The notes: generated from the sequence alone by a model not told the origin. A stretch of DNA of 51,128 nucleotides from an uncultured archaeon (GCA_964458565.1 CAYWJO010000023.1:1-51128); one strand, 5' to 3'; counted from the first letter of the stretch, positions 18,872 through 28,914 are shown. Numbers and translations are program-made.

Positions 18872-19465
18872 ATGGTCTTGGTTGGGTATGCTGTACTCAA
18901 CTCAGTTACCATGTTTTCAAAGATAAGACGAATCAAATCATTGTTGAAACGAGAGTACTCGTTAAACGACTATCTAATTCTCACAATCTACAATTTAGTA
19001 GAGTACTACATTCAAGAGAATGATGAAATTAGAATATCCACAGATTGGAAAGCCGAGATATATGGATGGGAAGAGATATTCGGTACTGGAACAACAGAAC
19101 AAGATGCGCTTAGAAGACTTGAGCAGGAATTTGAAAGATATAGACTAGACCATGGCACTCTACCAAAACCTGCTAGACCTACCGTCCTTCTAAGCACAGT
19201 TCATTATAGTCCCGTTGAAAGAATACATATGTACACACCCCTCATCAAGGACTTTTTTCCACGGATTCTCAACAGAAAGCCAGAAGATTGCTGGATATCA
19301 GAACTTTCCACTATGTGGCATTTTATTCCGGATTATAGGTTTGATGAAATTGTACAGTTGATATACGATGAATATGGAGTGGATATTAGCGATATTGAAG
19401 GTGGGAATCTTCTCTCTATTTTCGATCGACTATCTACTGAAGCAAAGCGATTTTGGAAATCCTAA
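18872..19465 (+). CDS. Hypothetical protein with HicB-like segment
   Basis: WKAEIYGW..FGTGTTEQDALRRL....GTLPKP resembles the HicB partial RNase H fold; ATG 18911 is a possible start. Confidence 0.5.
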   Translation: MVLVGYAVLNSVTMFSKIRRIKSLLKREYSLNDYLILTIYNLVEYYIQENDEIRISTDWKAEIYGWEEIFGTGTTEQDALRRLEQEFERYRLDHGTLPKPARPTVLLSTVHYSPVERIHMYTPLIKDFFPRILNRKPEDCWISELSTMWHFIPDYRFDEIVQLIYDEYGVDISDIEGGNLLSIFDRLSTEAKRFWKS

Positions 19466-19631
19466 CTTGTTCTGAGAGCACCATCTAAGATAATCATTGA
19501 TACAGCAACCTATGAGAGACCCAACAAATTCCTAATTGGCATTGAGTGCGTTATTGTGAATGAAGAGTTTGTGGTGGAAAGGGATATTCAATATCCTGTG
19601 TTTCCTGGAAAAGTCCTGCGTCAAAAAGGAG

Positions 19632-20939
19632 CTAACTCCTGACCTTCATCAGGTTCTTAACTGAATTTTCAATTCCAGTCAATGTAAATTCAATATCTTC
19701 CGCCACATGGGAAAACGATAGCGCACCCAATCCATGATATCCAAAAACGCGCTCCTGCATTAGGTAGCTTTGGAAGATATCCTGCTGATGATGGTCAAAG
19801 AGCTTGCCAAGTTGACCCGGGCTGATCAGTGGCCTATCAAGTTCACCAGAGAGACAGCTGATGAAATTGATTGAACCATATCCTGTACCTATGAGTGGTA
19901 CTTCCATCTCACGCAGCATTTCGTTAAGCCGTTCTCTGAATTCATCACCCATCTTATTCAACCGAGGGAATTCCTTCTTCATATTCTGTAATTGTTCTAG
20001 AACGGCTAATCCTGCAGTCATTGTCAGGGGATGACTTGAGAATGTCCCGCCTCCAACCCATCGACCACCCTTAAAGCCTGGCGATGCTAGATTCATGATA
20101 TCTTCGCGGCCACCATAGACGCCAAGAGGCATCCCTCCGGCTGCAGCTTTACCAAGAGTGACTAAATCTGGTTGCACTCCAAATATCATATCTCCAGCGG
20201 TTCCATACCTAAGACGAAATCCTGTAATTATCTCATCAAATATGAGTATAATACTCCTTGATTCAGTTTCTTCACGTAGATAATTAAGAAATCCAGCTTC
20301 GGGGGGGATACCACCTCCAGCTCCAATGATTGGTTCAACAATCACAGCTGCTAATTCTTTTCCATATGCTTTAAGCATTTTATCAAGACTATCTCGGTCA
20401 TTATAGTCAAACGAAACCCCGTTATAGAAGGGACCATCAGTATATGGATGACTCATGTGATATGTAAGAGCGTCATTCCCTCCATGCCATCCACCAAGTG
20501 TCTTTGCAACCAAATTACGCCCCGTAAACAACCTTGAGAGTCTAACCGCATACATAGTGGATTCGCTACCTGTAGAAGTAAATCGCATCTTCTCAAGGAG
20601 TGGTATTGCTTCTTTGAGTTTCTCACCATACTCCACTTGTGGTTGATTGGGTGCTCCAAAATGAACGCCAGATTCAAGCTGTTCAGAGATTCTTTTCTTC
20701 ACCTCAGGGTTATTATGTCCCAAAATCTGAGAATAATGTGTCATCCACCAATCAATGTATTCGTTGCCATCAACATCCCAGATGTGCCCTCCCTCTCCAC
20801 GAGAGATGTAAGGGGGATAAGCATCATTCGATGTAAGTCCAAATTGACGGATGTTATGACTTACGCCACCGGGAAAAAGGTTCGTAGCTCTATACCATAA
20901 CTGTCTTGATTTCTCTGTTGACTTCAAATATCGCTCCAT
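19632..20939 (-). CDS. Class III PLP aminotransferase (glutamate-1-semialdehyde aminomutase-like)
   Basis: PGGVSHNIR, WDVDGNEYID, FDEIITGFR, DLVTLGK; start placed at ATG 20939 (GGAG RBS), which removes the overlap with the upstream gene. Confidence 0.88.
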   Translation of the reverse strand: MERYLKSTEKSRQLWYRATNLFPGGVSHNIRQFGLTSNDAYPPYISRGEGGHIWDVDGNEYIDWWMTHYSQILGHNNPEVKKRISEQLESGVHFGAPNQPQVEYGEKLKEAIPLLEKMRFTSTGSESTMYAVRLSRLFTGRNLVAKTLGGWHGGNDALTYHMSHPYTDGPFYNGVSFDYNDRDSLDKMLKAYGKELAAVIVEPIIGAGGGIPPEAGFLNYLREETESRSIILIFDEIITGFRLRYGTAGDMIFGVQPDLVTLGKAAAGGMPLGVYGGREDIMNLASPGFKGGRWVGGGTFSSHPLTMTAGLAVLEQLQNMKKEFPRLNKMGDEFRERLNEMLREMEVPLIGTGYGSINFISCLSGELDRPLISPGQLGKLFDHHQQDIFQSYLMQERVFGYHGLGALSFSHVAEDIEFTLTGIENSVKNLMKVRS

Positions 20940-20961
20940 TGGAACACACTCCATGATATTT

Positions 20962-21990
20962 TTACGACTTATAGAAACGTTCTGTATTTCGTGGTACTCG
21001 AATGTCACTCATTGTCTTGAGTCCAAAACCTACCGAACTTATCAGAGGTATAAGATTGAGAATCATACCGACTGTTGCCAAATCACCTTGCACTCCATTT
21101 TCTATTCGTTGATGCATCTTAGGAAGACCTTCAATTATAACTTCATCATATTGTGGAGTTGCTTCAGCATACGCAAGAAAATCAAGTTTGACAATTGTCA
21201 CGCCATTTCGAAGTCCGATTCCTACACTCTTGAGCCCAAGAACATTTCCCTTCCTTATGGTCGTAAACGTATTGGAAACATCATTTTCTGCAATCACCGG
21301 TTCGGTTGGCAATTCTTGGATCGTATCAAGCTCTAGATTAAGAGCTGCATCTATCATTCTTATGGACTCTACAAGACCAACATGCCCTGTGATAATTCCA
21401 TCATCAATATTCTTACGGAATTCCATCTCTGTCATTCCAGTGCCTATCTTCTTCTGAAAAGAAAACCGACGAAGACTAGAGTTCATGTGACGAGTGACAT
21501 GAATAGTTTCTATATGTTGACAGGGTGCTGTGAGAATGATTGGAAGCAAATCCATCAGGTATCCAGGATTTATTCCAGTTCCTAAAACAGTTTTCTCATA
21601 TTCCTCTGCAATCTTGTTGATATCTGCTGATATTCTGGGATGTCGATCGAATGGATAGGATAATTCCTCGCATATAGAAATCACATGCATTCCAGATTTC
21701 AGACAATTCACTATGACTGGAAATACAACCTGTAAAGATGAGGAGGTGGCTATTATGGCAACGTCCGCATTAACCTTGGATTTAGATACAAACGATTCCA
21801 AGTTAGAATAGATGTTCGTTCTAGATTCAAGAGATAAGGATAGCACATCCTCTACTGATTTGTCTAATAGTTCTGGATCTATATCCACAACTCCAATAAG
21901 ATTAAGATTCTCACGTTCAATAATTGCACGAGCTATAAACCTACCAAGAGACCCAAACCCGAATTGCAGAACAGAAAATGGTTGTGACAT
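20962..21990 (-). CDS. DapB-like / 2,4-diaminopentanoate dehydrogenase (Ord)-family oxidoreductase
   Basis: GFGSLG Rossmann motif, VISICEELSYP, LGTGINPGYLMD, GHVGLVES. Confidence 0.8.
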   Translation of the reverse strand: MSQPFSVLQFGFGSLGRFIARAIIERENLNLIGVVDIDPELLDKSVEDVLSLSLESRTNIYSNLESFVSKSKVNADVAIIATSSSLQVVFPVIVNCLKSGMHVISICEELSYPFDRHPRISADINKIAEEYEKTVLGTGINPGYLMDLLPIILTAPCQHIETIHVTRHMNSSLRRFSFQKKIGTGMTEMEFRKNIDDGIITGHVGLVESIRMIDAALNLELDTIQELPTEPVIAENDVSNTFTTIRKGNVLGLKSVGIGLRNGVTIVKLDFLAYAEATPQYDEVIIEGLPKMHQRIENGVQGDLATVGMILNLIPLISSVGFGLKTMSDIRVPRNTERFYKS

Positions 21991-22130
21991 ATACCACAGA
22001 TAACATCGGTGCTATTTAGAATCATGGGCAGACAATTGTAAAGAAAATAAAATATTCTTGAAGTGACTAATCTTAATGCGGACAAGATGGAAGTTTGAAT
22101 TGACCTTTAATACTAGTCCTTCAGGATTAG

Positions 22131-22186
22131 ACAGTTATTAACTGAAGTTCAGTTCTTGCATAACTATACAGTTATTAACTATAGTG
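22131..22186. promoter_or_regulatory. Array of AGTTA/TAACT half-sites (putative operator)
   Basis: Direct repeat ACAGTTATTAACT at 22131-22143 and 22168-22180; palindrome AACTGAAGTTCAGTT at 22140-22154. Confidence 0.55.
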
Positions 22187-22213
22187 AGAATTCTGTTCAA
22201 AGGAGATGCCGCA

Positions 22214-23224
22214 TTGACAGACAAGAGAGTCCATGATACAATAATCATCGGTGGAGGACCCGCAGGCTGCTCAGCCGCACTGCATTTGGCGTATCACCAA
22301 AGAGACGTGCTTGTTCTCGATCGTGGTACAAGCCCAATGCATTTCCATACCAACTCCATAATGAATTATGCAGATGGAAATCTTTACCATGAGGGAAGAA
22401 CACTTCTTAGACAGCTTCAGGGGAGTGCACGTAACGCAGGAGCTGAGTTCAAATCCGCGAATGTTGTAGAGGTTGCAGGACGCTATCCAGAGTTTCGAAT
22501 CACAACTGATTCAAGCTTCAGAACAAAAGATCAATCGATTTACTATTGCAAGACGCTCCTTTATTCTACTGGGACAGCACGAAAGCATCCTAAGGTAAAC
22601 GGTATGTGGAGACAATGGCTACCTGTTGCAAACGTGGGAAATGCAGCATTCTATTGTCCGGATTGTGAGGCACCATTATGTAGGGATAAGGATGTTCTAA
22701 TCGTTACTTCAGGAACTGTAGGAGGTGCACTTCATACCGCAAGATCACTCACAAGATTTACTGATAAAATTCGTATTCTTATGACTGAAGATGCATACAT
22801 GTCTATAGATGACCAAGACCTAACCAAATTAGATGAATCAGGATTCGAATGGATACGAGGTAAAATCACAAACGTGGATTACCCAGCTCCAGGTAAAGTC
22901 CAATCTGTAACGCTTGATTCGGGCGAACGATTGCGAGCCGAGGTATTTTTTGTTGCTCATATAGCTGAAGCACGCTCTGAATTAGCTCAACAGATAGGAG
23001 TTGATGTTGACCAGAGAGGAAACATCATCACCGATAAGAGAGGAAAGACAAACGTAGAAGGTATTTGGGCAGCAGGAGATGTTAGACCCATCACTCAACA
23101 AATCGCGATGGCTGTTGGAACCGGAAATTATGCTGCCCTCATGATTAATCAATTTCTAGGAAACCTATATGAAGTGGAAAGAGAATTTGATCACCCTGAA
23201 ACTCGCGGTATTTTGCATATGTAG
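22214..23224 (+). CDS. Thioredoxin-reductase-like FAD oxidoreductase (CPDC)
   Basis: IIGGGPAG, FYCPDCE, TNVEGIWAAGD; TTG start at 22214 after AGGAG (ORF is open from 22184). Confidence 0.85.
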   Translation: MTDKRVHDTIIIGGGPAGCSAALHLAYHQRDVLVLDRGTSPMHFHTNSIMNYADGNLYHEGRTLLRQLQGSARNAGAEFKSANVVEVAGRYPEFRITTDSSFRTKDQSIYYCKTLLYSTGTARKHPKVNGMWRQWLPVANVGNAAFYCPDCEAPLCRDKDVLIVTSGTVGGALHTARSLTRFTDKIRILMTEDAYMSIDDQDLTKLDESGFEWIRGKITNVDYPAPGKVQSVTLDSGERLRAEVFFVAHIAEARSELAQQIGVDVDQRGNIITDKRGKTNVEGIWAAGDVRPITQQIAMAVGTGNYAALMINQFLGNLYEVEREFDHPETRGILHM

Positions 23225-23228
23225 TATT

Positions 23229-23786
23229 TCAATAATACTCCTGTTGTCCAACTATACCATTTCTATTTCTGTGCTTATATCTCCTGATAATATACCATAA
23301 ACTAGCAATGAATAAGATTGACGCACTTGGAATCAAAATGAGTAATAGAATAAGTCTCAGATCGATATCAAGATAATAATCAGCTTCAGAACGAAGTTCG
23401 AAGGTGATAGTGATATCTTGTGTAATATTATTGTTATTCAAACAGATGAGATACCAAATGGAATCCTCAGGTATTATGAAAATAAAGGAACCCGTTTTAC
23501 CTACAGATCGTTCAAATTTCTGGCTTGGAGCAACAGTCCAGTTTACCCACGTATCAGATGGAAATGCATTTTCATGCACGATAAAAAATTCTACAGGCAG
23601 GTGTTCAGAGAAATAATTACCTGTTAAACGATCACCCTCAGTCGCATTGACTCCTCTGAAGGTTACACCAAAAGGTTCGGTAGTGTGGGAAGTGCTTCCT
23701 GATTCAAAAGCGGGATATAATATAGTAGTAGATTCAAAAAATGTGATTATCAGAAGAAGAAGAATACCTTTGCTCCACATTCCCAT
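23229..23786 (-). CDS. Single-pass membrane protein with GOLD/p24-like beta-sandwich
   Basis: Signal peptide, beta-rich GDRLTG..PVEFFIV..GSFIFIIPEDSIWYLICLN domain, TM helix, short basic tail. Confidence 0.55.
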   Translation of the reverse strand: MGMWSKGILLLLIITFFESTTILYPAFESGSTSHTTEPFGVTFRGVNATEGDRLTGNYFSEHLPVEFFIVHENAFPSDTWVNWTVAPSQKFERSVGKTGSFIFIIPEDSIWYLICLNNNNITQDITITFELRSEADYYLDIDLRLILLLILIPSASILFIASLWYIIRRYKHRNRNGIVGQQEYY

Positions 23787-23988
23787 AACATCTCACCACG
23801 CATTGTATCACCTAATACCAACAGATTATTGAATCTTTCCTTGCACTTCACTCTCTTCTCAAGACGATTGGTACGCAATTTTACGAATTTGTTGGTGAGC
23901 GGTTTGGTAGACATAAGTTTAAATGCTGGAATTAACTATTGTTAATGCACATCATAGATTTTCTTCGTGGAAAAGTGAGGTACGAAAA

Positions 23989-24468
23989 ATGGAAAGTACA
24001 GATGCACAACTGGTTGAAATATTGGAAAAACAGATAGAAGTTGAAGACAACACCCTAGCGAAAATATCTGAAGCAGAATCTACGGTCACTGAAACAGCGG
24101 TAAGACTTGTTTTCCTTGAAATGAGATTAGATTCGTACAAGCATAAGAAATTCTTAGAAGGTTTAGTTGACATCCTAAAGGAAACTCCGTGTGATACATG
24201 GAGTGCAAAAATACAGCGTTACATTGACAGAGTCAAACTCAAACGCCAATTAGAGGAGCTCATCACAGAAGAAAAAGAAATGCTTCACCTAACTCGAGAA
24301 GCAATCAGGTTGATGAATGATAACATAGGAGAGATCCTCCTTACGCATATAATGGAAGATGAGGAACGACATACTAAGGACTTGGCAGAGATAGTCAGGA
24401 TTGTTCAGACTCTACCTTTACAAACTGTAAAAGGTGAGAAGGGTTCCGATATAGTCTGTATAGACTAA
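23989..24468 (+). CDS. Ferritin-like four-helix protein
   Basis: QIEVE..DSYKH / EE..DEERH motifs; GAGG RBS before ATG 23989. Confidence 0.75.
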   Translation: MESTDAQLVEILEKQIEVEDNTLAKISEAESTVTETAVRLVFLEMRLDSYKHKKFLEGLVDILKETPCDTWSAKIQRYIDRVKLKRQLEELITEEKEMLHLTREAIRLMNDNIGEILLTHIMEDEERHTKDLAEIVRIVQTLPLQTVKGEKGSDIVCID

Positions 24469-24521
24469 TAGCCACAAAGTATTATTCGTAGGTAGAAAAT
24501 AGAACACACGCGTGATACACA

Positions 24522-25001
24522 ATGACAAAGCCAACACTCACTGCTGTTAATGATAATTCTCCAAATACAACAGAATACATTGAGAACATGTCAAGTTCGT
24601 ATAGAGTGAACTTCTTGAGATTTGGAGAGAGTTATACTCTAGAAACCGAATCTGTTGAGAAATTAAAGGAGTATAGCGATAAATTCACGTTTGTTGTCCT
24701 ATTTGCTGATTGGTGTGGAGACGCTCGAAGAGCGGTTCCAGTTCTATCGCTGCTTGAAGAAAAGGCTGGTCTCAATGTAAGAGCTCTTGGAGGTATGACT
24801 AAACCGATGGTTAGATCAGAAAAAAATTGGGCAGTTCCTCCGAGTCCAATTGAGGTGGATATCTTTGAGATTAAGAGTAGTCCAACGATAATCGTATTCG
24901 ACAAGGAAACAGGAGAAGAGATTGGCCGAATGAAAACTAAACCGAGAATGACCAGTACTGTTGAAGAGGAGCTTGTGAAGATAATAGAAGACTCACTATG
25001 A
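24522..25001 (+). CDS. Thioredoxin-fold protein, WCGDA active site
   Basis: FADWCGDARRAVP, SSPTIIVFD..GEEIGR. Confidence 0.8.
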   Translation: MTKPTLTAVNDNSPNTTEYIENMSSSYRVNFLRFGESYTLETESVEKLKEYSDKFTFVVLFADWCGDARRAVPVLSLLEEKAGLNVRALGGMTKPMVRSEKNWAVPPSPIEVDIFEIKSSPTIIVFDKETGEEIGRMKTKPRMTSTVEEELVKIIEDSL

Positions 25002-25145
25002 TCTTGAGTTGTTGATGGATATTTTCCTATAATCGTCTGTAGTTGTGTGATGGTTTGATAGAGGAATTCATGTTTTGTTGATCATTTGATACTAACTAGA
25101 TAGATTTCTATAATAGATTCTACAGAAACCAGCTTGTGATGCAAA

Positions 25146-25475
25146 ATGGTTGAATTAGGAATTGAAGATATCGTCGTTGGGTCTGGAGACTCCCCTAAAC
25201 AGGGTCAGACCGTGGTGGTTCACTATACAGGATGGCTTACAAATGGGAAGAAATTCGATAGCTCAGTTGACAGAGGACAACCTTTTGAATTCAAGATTGG
25301 TGTGGGTCAAGTAATCAAAGGCTGGGACCAGGGAGTAATGACCATGATAATAGGCGGAAAAAGAAAACTCACAATTCCGCCTGAACTTGCTTATGGCGAT
25401 AGAGATATCGGTAATGGTTTGATTCCACCAAATTCCACGTTAGTCTTTGAAGTTGAATTACTAGGACTGAAGTAA
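25146..25475 (+). CDS. FKBP-type peptidyl-prolyl isomerase
   Basis: VHYTGWL..GKKFDSS.DRGQPF, VIKGWDQG, IPPNSTLVFEVELL. Confidence 0.97.
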   Translation: MVELGIEDIVVGSGDSPKQGQTVVVHYTGWLTNGKKFDSSVDRGQPFEFKIGVGQVIKGWDQGVMTMIIGGKRKLTIPPELAYGDRDIGNGLIPPNSTLVFEVELLGLK

Positions 25476-25559
25476 TTCTACAAATATTCGATGTCATAGA
25501 TAAACAATCGTGCATCTAGCATTAATATCACGTTCAATGAAAAAACAACAGGCAAGAAC

Positions 25560-25973
25560 TCACTGAGATTCAAATGTTCGAGTCTTGCAACCATCACATT
25601 TCTCAAATCCGACACCCATACAGATTGATGTCTTCTCACCACCGTACTTAGAGCCCCATTGCTGCATCAGTGTTAACACACCGCGCAGATCTTGACCTTT
25701 TATTGTTAGCTTGTAAGAAACCTTTGGGGGTATTGTGGAAGCGTCTACGTTTCGATCAAGAATACCTTCTGTTTCCAATTCGCGAAGACGTTCAGTCAAG
25801 ACTTTGGGACTTATCCATTCAAGATCTTTTTGAAGTTGATTGAATCGCAATCCCAATCTTGCACTCTCTCGCATCAATGATTGAAGTATCAAGATAGTCC
25901 ATCGTTTCCCAAGAATATTGGATGCTATGAAAACCGGACATGATTCAACTGCTACACGGTCTCTTGAATACAT
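25560..25973 (-). CDS. HxlR/DUF24-family redox-sensing transcription regulator
   Basis: CPV..ILGKRWT, RFNQL, ISPKVLTERLRELE, PPKVSYKLT. Confidence 0.92.
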   Translation of the reverse strand: MYSRDRVAVESCPVFIASNILGKRWTILILQSLMRESARLGLRFNQLQKDLEWISPKVLTERLRELETEGILDRNVDASTIPPKVSYKLTIKGQDLRGVLTLMQQWGSKYGGEKTSICMGVGFEKCDGCKTRTFESQ

Positions 25974-25981
25974 ATGAACTC

Positions 25982-25999
25982 ACTTACTTTTAGGTAACT
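25982..25999. promoter_or_regulatory. Putative HxlR-family operator
   Basis: Imperfect inverted repeat ACTTAC-TTTTAG-GTAACT in the short divergent intergenic region. Confidence 0.5.
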
Positions 26000-26042
26000 A
26001 TTATCTTTATAATAGTATTTAATGATTTGTAGATTGATTAGA

Positions 26043-26786
26043 ATGGTTAAGCGACTCATGATCCAGATTGATGAAGAGAAGTGTACAGGTTGCGGACTCT
26101 GCGTCCCAGGATGTGCAGAAGGGGCTCTTCAAGTCATAGATGGTAAGGCGCGGTTGTTTTCAGAAACATATTGCGATGGTTTAGGAGCCTGTCTTGGTGA
26201 ATGTCCTGAAGGAGCACTTACTCTGAGAGAGGTTGACACGGTAGAGTTTGATATGGAAGCAGCTACGAATCATGTCAGAAAGATACGTGGAGAACCTGAA
26301 GCACCTTGTGCTGAAACAAAAGGTGCACCCTTTGCAGGATCAGAAGCGTTTACCTATGCCGCTGGCCATGAAATAGGGCAACATAATGGGGCGGTTCCCG
26401 AGGTGATAACTCCATCTCAACTGAACCAATGGCCTGTAAAACTGAAACTTCTTTCCCCACAGCATCCCGTGTTAGACAATTCAAGACTTCTGATAGTAGC
26501 AGACTGTGCAGGTCCATCCTATGCAGGTCTCCATGAGGATTTCATCAAAGGACATGCAGTTATTCTAGCATGTCCTAAATTCGAGGAATTCGAACCTAAT
26601 CTTCAGAAGCTGACTTCGATTTTCCGGTTGAACAATATACAAGAGATAGATATGGTTCATATGGAAGTACCCTGTTGTGGAGGTTTGGGTAGGCTTGTTG
26701 GTTTAGCTATTGCAGATTCAGGGAAAGATATTCCAATTAGAAAATACATCATTGGTGTAAAAGGCGAAATAAAAGCTGTCTTCTAA
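26043..26786 (+). CDS. 2x[4Fe-4S] ferredoxin-domain protein with Cys-rich C-terminal domain
   Basis: CTGCGLCVPGC, CDGLGACLGECP, QWPVKL, ADC, ACPK, MEVPCCGGL. Confidence 0.88.
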   Translation: MVKRLMIQIDEEKCTGCGLCVPGCAEGALQVIDGKARLFSETYCDGLGACLGECPEGALTLREVDTVEFDMEAATNHVRKIRGEPEAPCAETKGAPFAGSEAFTYAAGHEIGQHNGAVPEVITPSQLNQWPVKLKLLSPQHPVLDNSRLLIVADCAGPSYAGLHEDFIKGHAVILACPKFEEFEPNLQKLTSIFRLNNIQEIDMVHMEVPCCGGLGRLVGLAIADSGKDIPIRKYIIGVKGEIKAVF

Positions 26787-26819
26787 AATAAAGAAAAAGA
26801 GAGGTCTGAAACCTCTCTT
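26785..26819 (-). terminator. Hairpin + U-tract terminator of katA
   Basis: AAGAGAGGT-CTGAA-ACCTCTCTT with an adjacent A-rich tract on the + strand. Confidence 0.65.
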
Positions 26820-26838
26820 AGCACGAGTTACTCTTCAT

Positions 26839-28299
26839 CTAAAGACCTAATCGGTTTTTAACACCTTTTCCATAGTTGGGGTCAGCTTTTGTGAAATGCT
26901 CCACCATCCTCAGCTGAATCTCTTTTGGCACAGTACTAAGTGGTTTGGCTATGTTATCCATGAGTCGTTCCTGTTCCTCTGTTGACATGAGACGGAATAG
27001 ATTCCCAGGTTGGATATAGTCATCATCAACTCCTCGGGGTTGATCATATCTATCAGCATCACCGGATATTTTCAGTGGAGGTTCACGGAAAGCAGGATCC
27101 GCTTTTGGTCCTCCAAAACTATCAGGTTCGTAGTTAAACCGAAACATTGCCCCATTATCATCGCATCGCATGTATCCATCGCGTTGGTTATTAAAAGCCT
27201 CAGCATGCTTTGGTCGATTTACTGGGAGAAGCTGATGGTTAACACCCAATCTGTAACGATGTGCATCTGCGTATGCAAAAATACGTGCTTGAAGCATTTT
27301 GTCTGGCGAGAACGAGATACCTGGTACAATATTTGATGGTGAAAATGCAGCCTGCTCTATATCTGCAAAGTAATTTGTAGGATTGCGGTTGAGTTCTACG
27401 ACTCCTACATCAATCAATGGATAATCTGCGTGTGGCCACACTTTAGTCAAATCAAATGGATTCCAGCGGTAATCCTCTGCCTTTTCCTCAGGCATAACCT
27501 GTATTTTGAAATTCCACTTCGGAAAGTCACCTCTTTCGATTCGCTCAAAGAGGTCTCTCGTTGCCCAATCTGGATCCTCACTAGCCAAACGAGCTGCTTC
27601 GTCAGCTGAGAAATTCTTGATTCCCTGAGCAGTCTTGAAGTGGAACTTGACCCAAAATCGCTCATCTTTCTCGTTCAGGAAGCTGTAGGTATGGCTTCCG
27701 TAACCATTGACATGAGGAAAACCTCTTGGTGTCCCTCGATCAGAGAAGAGGATTGTTACTTGGTGGAGAGACTCCGGAACTAGACTCCAAAAGTCCCATT
27801 GCATAGTATCAGATTTTAGATTTGTCTGCGGCACACGTTTCTGGGTGTGAATGAAATCAGGGAACTTCAACGGATCGCGTATGAAGAAGACAGGTGTATT
27901 ATTACCAGTCATATCCCAGTTTCCTTCTTCCGTGTAGAATTTGATTGCAAACCCACGAACATCTCGCACAGTATCAGCCGAACCTTTTTCGCCTGCAACT
28001 GTTGAGAGCCGCATCAGGAGATCGGTCTTCTTGCCCACTTTTGAAAATAATTTTGCCTTAGTGTACTTCGTTATATCATGTGTTACAGTAAAGGTACCAA
28101 AAGCACCAGCACCTTTCGCATGGACTACTCGTTCGGGAATGCGCTCGCGATTAAAATGAGCTAGTTTCTCAAAAAGATGAAAATCCTCAACTAGTAGTGG
28201 ACCACGAGGACCAGCAGTCACAGAGTTTTGGTTATCTGAAACTGGTATGCCCGATGCAGTCGTGAATTTTTTTGTACTCTTCTTATTAGAATCAGTCAT
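26839..28299 (-). CDS. katA: Monofunctional small-subunit heme catalase
   Basis: [35 protein letters not shown]; ATG 28299 is the likely start. Confidence 0.97.
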   Translation of the reverse strand: MTDSNKKSTKKFTTASGIPVSDNQNSVTAGPRGPLLVEDFHLFEKLAHFNRERIPERVVHAKGAGAFGTFTVTHDITKYTKAKLFSKVGKKTDLLMRLSTVAGEKGSADTVRDVRGFAIKFYTEEGNWDMTGNNTPVFFIRDPLKFPDFIHTQKRVPQTNLKSDTMQWDFWSLVPESLHQVTILFSDRGTPRGFPHVNGYGSHTYSFLNEKDERFWVKFHFKTAQGIKNFSADEAARLASEDPDWATRDLFERIERGDFPKWNFKIQVMPEEKAEDYRWNPFDLTKVWPHADYPLIDVGVVELNRNPTNYFADIEQAAFSPSNIVPGISFSPDKMLQARIFAYADAHRYRLGVNHQLLPVNRPKHAEAFNNQRDGYMRCDDNGAMFRFNYEPDSFGGPKADPAFREPPLKISGDADRYDQPRGVDDDYIQPGNLFRLMSTEEQERLMDNIAKPLSTVPKEIQLRMVEHFTKADPNYGKGVKNRLGL

Positions 28300-28321
28300 G
28301 TTCTTGTCCCTCGATTCTATT

Positions 28322-28336
28322 TTAAAATCATTACTA
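28322..28336. promoter_or_regulatory. Per-box-like site
   Basis: TTAAAAT-C-ATTACTA matches 11/14 of TTATAAT-n-ATTATAA and lies between the katA TATA-like box and its start. Confidence 0.45.
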
Positions 28337-28432
28337 ATTACAAACAACTTTTATTTAAGACTTCTGACCTACATTAGATGATAAGGTATAATTTTAAACG
28401 ATATCGTACACCAAAGATAAGATTGTGAAATA

Positions 28433-28846
28433 ATGAAATCTGAAGAACTCATGGATCTACTAAGGAATAAAGGTTACAAGGTCACACCTCAGAGATTGGC
28501 AATCTGTCACGAGGTTCTATCAAGAAATGACCACCCCACGGCAGAGCAGATTTTTGACGTGATTACCAAGGATTATCCCACAATCAGCCTTACTACAATA
28601 TATCACACTCTTGATTTGCTAAAAGAATTAAAATTAATTGATGAACTCCAATTCGATGAACGTACATCAAGATATGATCCCAACACATCAATGCATATTA
28701 ATGTCATTTGTAGGAAATGCGGAAAGATTCGAGACTATGAGTCAGATTCGATAAGACAACATTGGAAAAAAATCATCTCGGAGATAGAATTAGAGCCAAC
28801 AGGTCAACGAATAGATGTCTACGTTGTCTGTGATGATTGTAAGTAG
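28433..28846 (+). CDS. perR: Fur-family regulator, PerR-like
   Basis: KVTPQRLAI, DHPTAE, RYD...H.N.ICRKCGKIRD, CDDC; divergent from catalase. Confidence 0.85.
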   Translation: MKSEELMDLLRNKGYKVTPQRLAICHEVLSRNDHPTAEQIFDVITKDYPTISLTTIYHTLDLLKELKLIDELQFDERTSRYDPNTSMHINVICRKCGKIRDYESDSIRQHWKKIISEIELEPTGQRIDVYVVCDDCK

Positions 28847-28914
28847 ACATGAATAATTAAAGCTGCTAGAGATTCCGAAAAGGTTTTCATAGTTATCTAT
28901 CTACACTTTTCATC

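Noticed and set aside
20940-21008. Apparent overlap between the aminotransferase and dehydrogenase ORFs
   Set aside because: Disappears when the RBS-supported ATG at 20939 is used
23989-24468. Encapsulin cargo-loading peptide on the ferritin-like proteins
   Set aside because: No LxIGSL-like motif and no encapsulin gene in the window
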